Shown here in pieces: positions 40,825 through 49,709 of a DNA stretch of 64,000 nucleotides; positions within the stretch are counted from its first letter, which is position 1, and each line of letters opens with the position of its first letter. The translations under genes and the position numbers were made by a program. The stretch covers positions 2,016,001 to 2,080,000 of the forward strand of contig CBDCKW010000009.1 in the NCBI GenBank assembly GCA_965218435.1, in the 5' to 3' direction. Origin of the DNA: Truepera sp. Lineage in GTDB: Bacteria; Deinococcota; Deinococci; Deinococcales; Trueperaceae. The notes under the pieces were generated by a model, which worked only from the letters and a program-made list of their open reading frames with translations, ran no database searches and was not told where the DNA came from.

Positions 40825-43207
40825 CCTTACCGACCACCACCGCAAGATGCTCGAGACCGAAAGCGGTATCAGCCCTAAAGTCATAGAATCACGTGGCTAC
40901 CGCACTGTTACCGTCAAAGCCGACCTCGCTAAACTCGGCTTTGCCCTTAGTCAGCAAAGCGTTACGGCCCTGCTCATCCCGATTCACGACCCGACCGGGC
41001 ACGTTGGAACCTACCAACTGAGGCCCGACAAACCGCGCACGATTAAAGGTCAGGGCAAAGAACGGATAGTTAAATACGAGACCGTCAAAGGCTCGAGCCT
41101 CACCCTTGACGTAAACCCGTTGTCACTCAACAAACTAGGCGACCCGGCCACGCCTTTGTGTATCACCGAGGGCTCAAAAAAGGTTGACGCACTCGCGTCT
41201 CGCGGCCTCTGTGCGCTTGGGCTTATGGGCGTGTGGGGCTGGAGGGGGACGAATCCGAACGGCGGCAAAACTGCGCTGCCTGCCTGGGAAAACGTAGCTT
41301 TGAACGGGCGCACCGTTTACCTTTGCTTTGATTCGGATGTCACGACGAAGCGTGAAGTTTACGCTGCGCTCGAGCGGCTTAAAGCGTTCTTAGAGTCTCG
41401 TGGTGCATCCGTCCGCATCATCTATCTACCCGACGATGGCGACGCGAAAACTGGCGTTGACGACTACCTCGTTCAGGGTCACGACGTTGGCGACCTCTTG
41501 AAACTCGCTTCAGATGAGCTTAAGCCACCACCCCACGATAACGTAAGCTCAGATGAAATCGTCATCAACCGTCAGGTCAAAGAGGTTGTGACCGACATCT
41601 CGACTCGGCTTAAAGGCTTAGAGCTTAACGGGCAACCGCTCATTTATTCACGTGGCGACGGGCTCTTGGTGGAGATGCGCGAAGGTTTCGAGCTGAGAGA
41701 AATCACTAAGCCCGACAGTCTTAAGGCATTACTACATGACCACCTCGAGCCCGTCTTGGAAAAGACGCTGCAAAGCGGTGAGGTCATCACGACCCCTTCA
41801 GTTTTCAGCGCGAATCACACGGCGCTGCTGACGCGCAAGACTGCAGAGTTTCCGCCGATTAAAGCAGTGAGCGACATCCCTTTGATGCTCCCAAATGGGG
41901 CGATTTTAAGCGAGCCTGGATACCACCGAGAGCACGAGCATTTTCTCAACACTGCCGGGATAACAGTTGAACTTATGCCCTGGCAAGAGGCTCGAGCCCT
42001 ATTCCTGGAAACGTTTAACGAGTTTTCTTACCAAGCGCCGAAAGCTGGGTTCACAGCTACTTTGGCGTTCGTTTTGCAGGCCTTTTTGATGCTGGTCATA
42101 GACGACCACACACCCTTATACGCGATACTCGGCTCCAGACGCGCCGGGAGCGGAACGGGTAAGGGTTACCTACTCGACTGCATTTACCGGATTCAGCGGG
42201 GCCGTCCTTATACTCACGACGGCGCGATGCCCGCAACAGATGAAGAGATGGGTAAAGTCCTCTTCTCAGCTTTAAGTGAAGGTGCCTCGCACATCATCTT
42301 TGATGATATTGACCACCTGAAACACCGTCAGCTTATGGCAGCCATCACGAGCCGGACGTACAAGGGCCGCATCCTGGGGGTAAGTCAACGCCATGAGGTG
42401 AGCACGGCTGTCACCTGGGCCGTATCGGGCAACGCGCCCGATATTCACCGGGACTTTTATAGGCGCGTCATCCCGATTTATCTCGGTGTCGGTAAAGCCC
42501 GCGCATGGGAGCGTTCCTATACCCGGCCTGACCTCAACCGCTACATCCTAGAAAACCGGAACCTTTACATCTCGGCTGCACTCAGCATCTTGGAACACTG
42601 GCGTTCTCTTGGAATGCCTCTCTCTACGGGGGTCATACGGGGGTTTGACCGGTGGTCTGCGGTGATGGGCGGGGTACTCGAGTCCATCGGGCTAACGCAC
42701 CTTTTAGAAGCCCGTGTTGGTCTCGACACGCTTATAGAGGTGGACAACTCAGACTTAGACCTATTGATAGACGCTTGGCAAGGGTGCAGCTTAGCGGACA
42801 AAAAACTGAAGGGCAAAGACCTCTTGAACCTTGCCGCAGGGCATGAGCTATTCACTGAACTTTATGAAGGGCGAACAGAGGCAGCCGGTGCCGGTGAGTT
42901 GGGCAAGTTCTTGAAACCCTACGCGAACGATGTTTTTAAGGGTCACTATCTGCGCCGTGAGTTTGATTCGGACTCTAAGACCTGGCGCTACTTTTTAGAG
43001 CCGGTGCCCGATGCACCGAAACTACTTTCCGAGGTGTTTAATTTCTCAGCTCTTGAAACTTCGGCTGAACACCCCCGTGAGACCCCCGTAAACCTAGAAG
43101 GCGGTGAGGTTACGGGGGTGCTACGGGGGTCTGGCGGCGAAGTTTCAAGAGACAAAGATAATGACGAACTCTCCTACCTTGTCGGTAGTACGGAGGGTGA
43201 GCTGTGA
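40814..43207 (+). CDS. DUF3854/TOPRIM-type primase fused to SF3-like helicase (start GTG 40814 inferred)
   Basis: QLRPDKPR, KYE, ITEGSKK, GVWGW, CFDSD, KTGVDDY; C-terminal GSGTGKG Walker A, IIFDD Walker B, VSGN motif C. Confidence 0.85.
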   Translation: MDANLTDHHRKMLETESGISPKVIESRGYRTVTVKADLAKLGFALSQQSVTALLIPIHDPTGHVGTYQLRPDKPRTIKGQGKERIVKYETVKGSSLTLDVNPLSLNKLGDPATPLCITEGSKKVDALASRGLCALGLMGVWGWRGTNPNGGKTALPAWENVALNGRTVYLCFDSDVTTKREVYAALERLKAFLESRGASVRIIYLPDDGDAKTGVDDYLVQGHDVGDLLKLASDELKPPPHDNVSSDEIVINRQVKEVVTDISTRLKGLELNGQPLIYSRGDGLLVEMREGFELREITKPDSLKALLHDHLEPVLEKTLQSGEVITTPSVFSANHTALLTRKTAEFPPIKAVSDIPLMLPNGAILSEPGYHREHEHFLNTAGITVELMPWQEARALFLETFNEFSYQAPKAGFTATLAFVLQAFLMLVIDDHTPLYAILGSRRAGSGTGKGYLLDCIYRIQRGRPYTHDGAMPATDEEMGKVLFSALSEGASHIIFDDIDHLKHRQLMAAITSRTYKGRILGVSQRHEVSTAVTWAVSGNAPDIHRDFYRRVIPIYLGVGKARAWERSYTRPDLNRYILENRNLYISAALSILEHWRSLGMPLSTGVIRGFDRWSAVMGGVLESIGLTHLLEARVGLDTLIEVDNSDLDLLIDAWQGCSLADKKLKGKDLLNLAAGHELFTELYEGRTEAAGAGELGKFLKPYANDVFKGHYLRREFDSDSKTWRYFLEPVPDAPKLLSEVFNFSALETSAEHPRETPVNLEGGEVTGVLRGSGGEVSRDKDNDELSYLVGSTEGEL
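43050..43151. repeat. ~100-bp imperfect palindrome with ACCCCCGT iterons; candidate replication origin
   Basis: CTCTTGAAACTTCG..ACCCCCGT..ACCCCCGTAA / TTACGGGGGT..ACGGGGGT..CGAAGTTTCAAGAG. Confidence 0.7.
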
Positions 43208-43572
43208 CCTTAAGAGAAAAGCTCGAGCATCAAGGGGTGACCCTTGCCCCTAAGCTCACCTACCAAAGTGCCGCGCCCCTAGACGCTGAAACACTCGCAC
43301 TACTCAAAACCCATAAAGACGACCTGCTGAGAGACCTTATCGTCTCGACCGGATACAGCACCCCGGAACGTCTGCCCTGGCAGTTGGAACGCCTCATCAG
43401 CGCCGCGTGTGCCGACGCGCTGCCCCAAGGCACGGTCACACTACCCTCTGGACTCGTGCCCGACCTTAATCGTTATGTTTTAGGTTGGGGTTGCAGCTAT
43501 CTTGTCAGCGACCGTATAGAAGCCGAAAAGCGTCTCTGGGAAGCCTACCGAGCGTGGCAGGGGGTCAACTGA
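43204..43572 (+). CDS. Hypothetical protein (TubC-N-like N-terminus)
   Basis: GTGA-coupled to primase; L...GVTL...L.Y....L....L.LLK.HK.DLL pattern. Confidence 0.6.
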   Translation: MTLREKLEHQGVTLAPKLTYQSAAPLDAETLALLKTHKDDLLRDLIVSTGYSTPERLPWQLERLISAACADALPQGTVTLPSGLVPDLNRYVLGWGCSYLVSDRIEAEKRLWEAYRAWQGVN

Positions 43573-43573
43573 G

Positions 43574-43804
43574 ATGCCCCGCAAAACACTTCCGGCACAA
43601 CCGCCGCTCTTCCCTAAACGGACGATTACGCCGATTAAAGAAGGTGACGCCCTAGATTTCGCCGACCTTGCACCCTACCTTTACCGCTGTCGGTGCGGAC
43701 ACCGTGCCGAAACCCGTAAGCCTTTACCGGCTGTGACCTGCTCAAAATGCGGCGCTGCAATGCCGCTCGACTCTGAAGCCTCAGCCCACTTACGAAAGGA
43801 TTGA
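43574..43804 (+). CDS. Small zinc-ribbon protein
   Basis: CRCGH and CSKCG motifs; 1 nt after upstream stop. Confidence 0.65.
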   Translation: MPRKTLPAQPPLFPKRTITPIKEGDALDFADLAPYLYRCRCGHRAETRKPLPAVTCSKCGAAMPLDSEASAHLRKD

Positions 43805-44244
43805 CCATGACCGACATTCATAATCTCCATTATAAACTCTCCGAAGCGACCGCCGAATTGACGCAGATTCGGGAACGCCGCACTACTCTCGAGGCTGAAC
43901 TTGCCACCCTCACGCCGCTGGAAACCGAGCTGAGCAATCGGGCTACATCCTTAACGGCTGAACTCCAGCGCCTCGAGCCACCCGCCCCGCGTCCTCAAGA
44001 CGTTGAACGCCTTGCGAGGCTGACCGAAGCCTTGCGTTCTAAGCTCTCTGAAGCCGACCGCCGTTCACCGACCGTTCAACGGGTCAGGGCTAGTCTCGAG
44101 CGTCTCACCGACGAAAGCGTGACCGTCTCCGACCGCTTAAGCCTCGCCTTATCCCTGCTTGACGACCTTAAGAATCACTATCAGCTCGACCGTCGACTTT
44201 GGGATAAAGCTGAAGGTCACAACGCTGCTCAAAGGGGTCGCTAA
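43801..44244 (+). CDS. Coiled-coil hypothetical protein
   Basis: Heptad-rich sequence; AAGGA RBS, TTGA overlap. Confidence 0.6.
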   Translation: MTMTDIHNLHYKLSEATAELTQIRERRTTLEAELATLTPLETELSNRATSLTAELQRLEPPAPRPQDVERLARLTEALRSKLSEADRRSPTVQRVRASLERLTDESVTVSDRLSLALSLLDDLKNHYQLDRRLWDKAEGHNAAQRGR

Positions 44245-44246
44245 TC

Positions 44247-44729
44247 ATGCCCCGTGTTTGCACTATCTGTAGCCACGCTGAACGCGATTCTGTTGACCTC
44301 CTCTTGCTCGAGGGGGCGTCAATACGCGCCATAGCGCGACAGTTTTCACTGAGCAAAGATGCGCTTTCACGCCATAAAGAGAGTCATCTGCCCGGACAAC
44401 TTGCACGGGCTCATGAGGCGAGCGAAGCCGTCAGCGCCGGTACGCTTTTAGACCGGTTGAGGCAGATAACCAGCGAGACTCACGCCGTCTTAAAAGCATC
44501 GAAGCAGGGTAAAAATCCCGAGCTTTCCTTGAAAGCAATCGCTCGACTTGAACGTCAGCTCGAGCTTGAAGCCCGGATGTTGGGAGAGCTTCAGGACAGC
44601 GCCACCACGACGATAAATGTTTACAGCACCCCGGAATGGCTCGTTTTGAGGTCTACCATCCTGAGCGCCTTGACACCTTTTCCAGACGCGGCGAAGGCTG
44701 TAGGAGCGGCCTTGAATGAACATAGTTGA
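44247..44729 (+). CDS. Terminase small-subunit-like HTH protein
   Basis: CTIC.H, SIRAIARQFSLSKDALSRH HTH, helical middle; immediately upstream of TerL ATPase. Confidence 0.6.
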   Translation: MPRVCTICSHAERDSVDLLLLEGASIRAIARQFSLSKDALSRHKESHLPGQLARAHEASEAVSAGTLLDRLRQITSETHAVLKASKQGKNPELSLKAIARLERQLELEARMLGELQDSATTTINVYSTPEWLVLRSTILSALTPFPDAAKAVGAALNEHS

Positions 44730-45477
44730 CGATTTGAGATTTGCCTTAGACCCGGCTGTTTTTGCACTCGAGGCGCTAGGTTTAAGGCTAGACCCGTGGC
44801 AACGCGAGGCAGTCAGCTCAGCTTCAAAACGCGACCTTTTTAACTGCGCACGTCAATCTGGAAAATCAACCGGGGCGGCGGTAATCGCTCTGCATGAGGC
44901 TTTGTACAAACCGGGTTCACTTACCCTGCTTATCTCACCTTCACAGCGGCAATCATCGGAATTATTCCGCAAGGTCACAGAACTTCGGGAACTGCTACCG
45001 ACCGCACCGGAATTGACAGAGGACAACAAGCTCAGCTTGACGATTCAAGGCGGCGGTAGAGTCCTCTCCCTACCCGGTTCCGAGCAAACGATTCGGGGCT
45101 TCTCAGGTGCAACCTTAGCGGTACTGGACGAAGCAAGCCGCATACCTGACGAGTTGTACTTCAGCGTCCGGCCCATGCTTGCAACCCGTCAGGGGCGCAT
45201 GATTCTGATGAGCACACCTTTTGGGAAAAGAGGCTTTTTTTGGGCTGAATGGTCTGGAATCTCCCCCTGGAACCGGGTAGAAATCCCGGCTTCAGCCGTG
45301 CCGAGAATTACCCCGGAGTTTCTAGCGGAGGAAAAGGCGAGCCTGGGCGATTGGTGGTTTCGCCAAGAATACGGCTGTCAATTTTTGGAATCTACCGATT
45401 CGGTATTCTCCCATGACTCGGTGATGAACGCGCTCGACGATAGCGTCAAACCCTTGTTTGGAGACTCCCATGCTTGA
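44716..45477 (+). CDS. Terminase large subunit, stand-alone ATPase domain
   Basis: LDPWQ Q-motif, ARQSGKS Walker A, AVLDEA Walker B, MSTP motif III, FRQEYGCQF. Confidence 0.88.
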   Translation: MNIVDDLRFALDPAVFALEALGLRLDPWQREAVSSASKRDLFNCARQSGKSTGAAVIALHEALYKPGSLTLLISPSQRQSSELFRKVTELRELLPTAPELTEDNKLSLTIQGGGRVLSLPGSEQTIRGFSGATLAVLDEASRIPDELYFSVRPMLATRQGRMILMSTPFGKRGFFWAEWSGISPWNRVEIPASAVPRITPEFLAEEKASLGDWWFRQEYGCQFLESTDSVFSHDSVMNALDDSVKPLFGDSHA

Positions 45478-46180
45478 ACCGACTGCTAAGACAGCCTCTA
45501 CCCCTGTAACCTTACAGACCCGCGCCCCTGTCTACCTTTTAGGCTGCGACTTAGGTCAGGCTCAAGACTTTACGGCGCTCACGGTGCTCGAGCAAAGCTT
45601 CATAGATACCGGGAAAACCGAAAGCTACGGCCTACCGTCCCCTACGATTAGAGGGCGTCCGCTGCGGCCCATGCCGACCCGCCCGGTCTACCAACGCCTT
45701 TACGCCGCCCGTCACCTCGAGCGTCTACCCAAAAACACGAGCTACCCCAAACAGGTTGAGCGAGTCGCTGAGCTTTACGAATCCCTTACCGCGATGAACG
45801 GCGTAAGACCTCACCTGATTGTGGACGCGACCGGCGTAGGTGCTGCTGTCGTTGATTTACTGCGGCTTGCCAGACTGAACCCTATCGCGGTCACGATTAC
45901 CGCAGGTGACGCGACCTCTTCAGATGGTGACAGCTTCAGAGTCCCCAAGAAAGACCTCGTGGCGACGATAGCGGTGCTCTTACAGTCCGAACGGTTAAAG
46001 GTTGCCAAAGCCTTACCCGACGCCCAAACCCTTATAGATGAACTGCTGGCGTTCAAAGCTCATATCAATCAGCGGGGTCATGCAAGCTTTGGAAACGATG
46101 TTGGGAGCTGGAGAGAAGCGCCGCATGATGACCTTGTGCTGAGCGTGGCACTGGCGTGCTGGTATGGCGAGAGTAGGTGA
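45470..46180 (+). CDS. Terminase large subunit, stand-alone RNase H-like nuclease domain
   Basis: LGCDLGQAQDFTA, IVDATGVG, HDDLVLS acidic motifs; own GGAG RBS and ATG overlapping upstream stop. Confidence 0.82.
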   Translation: MLEPTAKTASTPVTLQTRAPVYLLGCDLGQAQDFTALTVLEQSFIDTGKTESYGLPSPTIRGRPLRPMPTRPVYQRLYAARHLERLPKNTSYPKQVERVAELYESLTAMNGVRPHLIVDATGVGAAVVDLLRLARLNPIAVTITAGDATSSDGDSFRVPKKDLVATIAVLLQSERLKVAKALPDAQTLIDELLAFKAHINQRGHASFGNDVGSWREAPHDDLVLSVALACWYGESR

Positions 46181-46363
46181 CGCAAAACTTACGCGAGAGC
46201 TCGAGGCACGACTCATCCGCAGCACTCAGCACACGACAGGCGAGCTGCCAACGGTTCACAATGACACCTCTCAGGCCTCGAGCAGTCCTAACCCGACCCG
46301 AAGGGGAGATAGCACCACTCCCCTTCGGGTCACACCTTTACATTCGATTAGTGGACTAGCGTG

Positions 46364-46798
46364 CTAGGTCGCTTCAAAGTATTCGTCTAGAACAATGGTT
46401 TTCAAAGCTATCAAGGTATCCGCGATTATTAGGTGGTGGCGTTGTTGAGATGCCGACCCAAATTGCTTTTTTAAGAAGTCGGTGCACAAATCCGATTTCG
46501 TTCTAAAAGCCTTCGCGCTACTGGCTTCGATAGCCAAGCTTAAAATTCTTTGAGTCTCTCGACCAAACTGAATACTGAAGCCCAACTTATCCTGATAGAC
46601 GTGCCCTGCACGTTCTTGTGTGTCGTACACGTAATCAACCTTTAGGATGTCGCTATCTATCCTCGCCTCCGCATTCTCAGGCAGATAGATATGTGACAGC
46701 GTCCGAATCTCATACTGTCGTTTTCCTAAAAGCGGGTTTGCGTCCGATGTTGCGTGCCTTCCACCGAACGATAGCGGCAGCTTTTGCGTCTCGGTCAC
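46364..46798 (-). CDS. Hypothetical cargo protein
   Basis: 144-aa ORF, GGAG RBS, 9 nt downstream of partner gene. Confidence 0.6.
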   Translation of the reverse strand: MTETQKLPLSFGGRHATSDANPLLGKRQYEIRTLSHIYLPENAEARIDSDILKVDYVYDTQERAGHVYQDKLGFSIQFGRETQRILSLAIEASSAKAFRTKSDLCTDFLKKQFGSASQQRHHLIIADTLIALKTIVLDEYFEAT

Positions 46799-46807
46799 GG
46801 GCGGCTC

Positions 46808-47662
46808 CTAAAGGGTTCGATTTAACATTGTAGCGTAGTCGTCAATCCTTCTTTGTACGCTTGGCTTATCAAAAGGACAACGTTCCTGAACGCTGTCGAT
46901 AACGAGTACCCCAACGCGGGCGCTCGTTTTTGGGTTGACTAACGGTACAGCATGAAAGTGCCGAGCGATGACATGAAGCCGTTTCACAGTAGCTGGCGTT
47001 GAATAGGTTTCAAGTAAATAGGTATGGACTTGAGCAGGCATCGGCCCGTCGAGATGCAGAGCAGAAAGGTCGAGGGCGCGGATGTCAGGCAAGTCGCGTT
47101 TTGTGACTACATCGCCTGTTTGCATGACATGAGAAGCGACGCTCTCGCAATCCTCTCTTGTTGCAGGGTTGTAATGGAAAAATGTACCCGAGTTATTGTA
47201 CTCGGTTCCTATTCTCTGAGTGATGTGGACAAACCGATACTGAAAAATCTTACGCGGCTTCATCCGCGTGCTTTTCTTGCGCCCTCTAGCTCGCCGATTA
47301 CACGTCATAATGAAGACCTGAACCCATATATATCGGGCCATCCACCAATTTGCTTTTCTAAAAATCGTTATGCGAAGTTCAGTTTTTTCATTGTCGAATA
47401 GCTCGGAGCGCATATCCTCTAAAATAGCCTCTCGAATTCTCCGCAGTTTTCCACGGGGTTCAGCGAAAAAGCCGCCCCAACTATTGATTATTACGGACAC
47501 AGTTATTAGAGCCGCAATTATCCACCATTTATGCGTAAAGGCGAAATCATTAAGCGCCTGCTGTATCGGGTCAGGGTACTTAGCAGGTTTGACCTGCGCA
47601 AAAAATGCTGTGGCGATAGTTACAAGAGTAAGTATGACGACAAGCCAAAGGGGACGACGCAT
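46808..47662 (-). CDS. Two-TM protein with possible GAF-like C-terminal domain (start ATG 47662 inferred)
   Basis: Two hydrophobic helices; C-terminal FHAVPLVN....VGVLVIDS is GAF-like. Confidence 0.6.
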   Translation of the reverse strand: MRRPLWLVVILTLVTIATAFFAQVKPAKYPDPIQQALNDFAFTHKWWIIAALITVSVIINSWGGFFAEPRGKLRRIREAILEDMRSELFDNEKTELRITIFRKANWWMARYIWVQVFIMTCNRRARGRKKSTRMKPRKIFQYRFVHITQRIGTEYNNSGTFFHYNPATREDCESVASHVMQTGDVVTKRDLPDIRALDLSALHLDGPMPAQVHTYLLETYSTPATVKRLHVIARHFHAVPLVNPKTSARVGVLVIDSVQERCPFDKPSVQRRIDDYATMLNRTL

Positions 47663-47739
47663 ATAAAGTTCGTTACCACTATACCTTAACTCTTCTAACA
47701 TGACGTAAACAGACCTTAGTTCCATTAAAAGAGTGCTTA

Positions 47740-47782
47740 TACACCGTTTTGGTGTTAATTCCTTGTACAACAACATGGTGTA
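47740..47782. promoter_or_regulatory. Two TACACC-N5-GGTGTA-like operators over the divergent promoter of the XRE gene
   Basis: TACACCGTTTTGGTGTT (47740-47756) and TACAACAACATGGTGTA (47766-47782). Confidence 0.55.
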
Positions 47783-47790
47783 ATAACGTT

Positions 47791-48027
47791 ATGAATAGAC
47801 AAGTACGTAGTGCTGCCCGCCAAGCCGTTTCGGGGCAGGGGCTTACCCAAGATAAGCTCGCCAAGCGTGCGGGGCTGTCGCAGCAAGCGGTAAGCCGCAT
47901 CCTCAACAACGACCGTACGGGCAACCCAGATTCTTGGGATAGAATCCTCGACGCCCTCGACCTAAAACTCGCCGCGATACCAAAGAACGCAGACATCGAA
48001 CAACTCTTCGACAGGAAAGGGGAATAA
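47791..48027 (+). CDS. XRE/Cro-like HTH repressor
   Basis: GLTQDKLAKRAGLSQQAVSRILN HTH; ends 2 nt before the integrase pseudogene ATG. Confidence 0.85.
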   Translation: MNRQVRSAARQAVSGQGLTQDKLAKRAGLSQQAVSRILNNDRTGNPDSWDRILDALDLKLAAIPKNADIEQLFDRKGE

Positions 48028-48029
48028 AT

Positions 48030-48773
48030 ATGGCACGACGGCGCACAAGCAAACGGGCAAAAAATGAGGGCTCAGTCTTCGAGCTACCAAATGGCACATG
48101 GCGGGGCAAGGTCACGACCGGTTATGACGACGAAGGTAAGTAAAAGTTCCGTTGGGTCTCAGGTAAAACGCAGGGTGAGGCGCTGGCTAAAGTAGCGGAG
48201 ATAAAGCAGCGGCTTGTGAGCGGCACCTATACCGATACTAAGCTCACGGTAGCGGAATATCTTGAACGGTGGCTAGAGGAGAAGAAGCGCACGCTAAAAG
48301 CCTCTACGCTGGAACAGTACGAAAGTTGCATCAACTGTTCAATCGTGCCGCTAATCGGTAAGGTCAAACTCGACAAGCTCACACCTTTACAGGTGCAAAA
48401 CCTTGTGAACGGGATACACGACGTTTCAGGAGCCGCTCGAGCTGCAAAGTGTCGCACTGTCCTCTTCAGCGCCTATAAACAGGCGATTCGCTGGCAACTC
48501 GTGACCCGGAACCCGGTAGAGGCAACCGACCCGGTAAAGGAACCGCATCGGGAGATGACCTTATGGGAGCCGGAACAAGCGGCGCGGTTTCTCGACACCG
48601 CCCGGTCACACCGGCTGTTCGCGTTCTTTTACCTGAGCATGGCGACCGGCCTACGCCGTGGGGAGCTGCTAGGTCTGCGTTGGGTTGATATAGAGGGGAA
48701 CCTGCTACACGTCAAGCAAACACTCGTTAAGGTTGGGAGTAAGCTTATCCTCTCAACACCGAAAACGCGCTAA
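48030..48773 (+). pseudogene. Tyrosine integrase pseudogene (internal stop, C-terminal half missing)
   Basis: ATG 48030 MARRRTSKRAKNEGSVFE; in-frame TAA at 48141; homologous to 51932 integrase; ends after TPKTR without HxLRH/Tyr. Confidence 0.9.
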
Positions 48774-48836
48774 GGCTCGAGCCAGTAGCCTTACTTAAAG
48801 GAAAACACTTGAGCAAACATATAGAGAGAGGATTAG

Positions 48837-49709
48837 ATGACGATTTCAGAAGCGTTTGAAACGTTTTTAAGGAATCTCGAGGTTAAAAATCAAGACGACA
48901 TCCGCTTGCGTTACCGAAACATCACTAAAAGTGTAAACCGGGAATTCAGAGGTTCTGACTCGGAAACTGAGAACAGTTTATATCTTGGCTCTTACGCTAG
49001 AAACACTGCCATTAACGGCTTCAGCGACCTAGACATGGCTGTTATTTTGCCAGAGGCTGAGAAGGAGCGAGTCGAGAGCATCTACACCTATCCTCAGAGC
49101 GCGCTCCTAAGAAGTGTAAAGACGGCTTTGGAAAAAACCTACCCGCGAACTGAGATGCGGGCGGACGGACAAGTAGTAGTAGTGCTGTTTAGCGACGGGA
49201 TGCAGATTGAGGTTGTCCCGTTCATAGAACGGTCAAGCTCGCGTGGCTTCTACTTCCCGGACACGCACGACGACGGCTCCTGGAAAGAAACCGACCCAAA
49301 AGGCGAGCAAGAAACGTTTTTCGACCTAAGCCGGATTGCGAATGGAAACGCTGTAAAAATAGGCCGCATTATGAGGGCTTGGCGCAGGAAGCACAATGTA
49401 CCTATTAGCGGTATCCTATTAGATACCTTTATAACCCGGTTTTTGATTGAAAACCATTATGGGTTTGGTTCGTTTTATATGTGTGATTGGATTTGCCGAG
49501 ATTTTTTTCGTTACTTGTCGGAATTGCCGAAGCGGGGAGCATGGTCATCGCCGCGACACACTTACATGATAAAAGAGAAAGGAGATTTCCGACCCTCGGC
49601 TCGTGAGGCTTACAACATCACCCAAGAGGTTAAGAGTTCAATCGAATTTGACTTTGATGATTGCTGGGAATGGAGACGTATTTTCGGTGACGATTTCCCA
49701 CTCACCTAA
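48837..49709 (+). CDS. SMODS/cGAS-DncV-like nucleotidyltransferase (CD-NTase)
   Basis: GSYARNTAINGFSDLDM (GS...DxD), DGQVVVV.F, IEVVP, FPDT..DGSW..TDP, RIMRAW, ISGILLD. Confidence 0.88.
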   Translation: MTISEAFETFLRNLEVKNQDDIRLRYRNITKSVNREFRGSDSETENSLYLGSYARNTAINGFSDLDMAVILPEAEKERVESIYTYPQSALLRSVKTALEKTYPRTEMRADGQVVVVLFSDGMQIEVVPFIERSSSRGFYFPDTHDDGSWKETDPKGEQETFFDLSRIANGNAVKIGRIMRAWRRKHNVPISGILLDTFITRFLIENHYGFGSFYMCDWICRDFFRYLSELPKRGAWSSPRHTYMIKEKGDFRPSAREAYNITQEVKSSIEFDFDDCWEWRRIFGDDFPLT

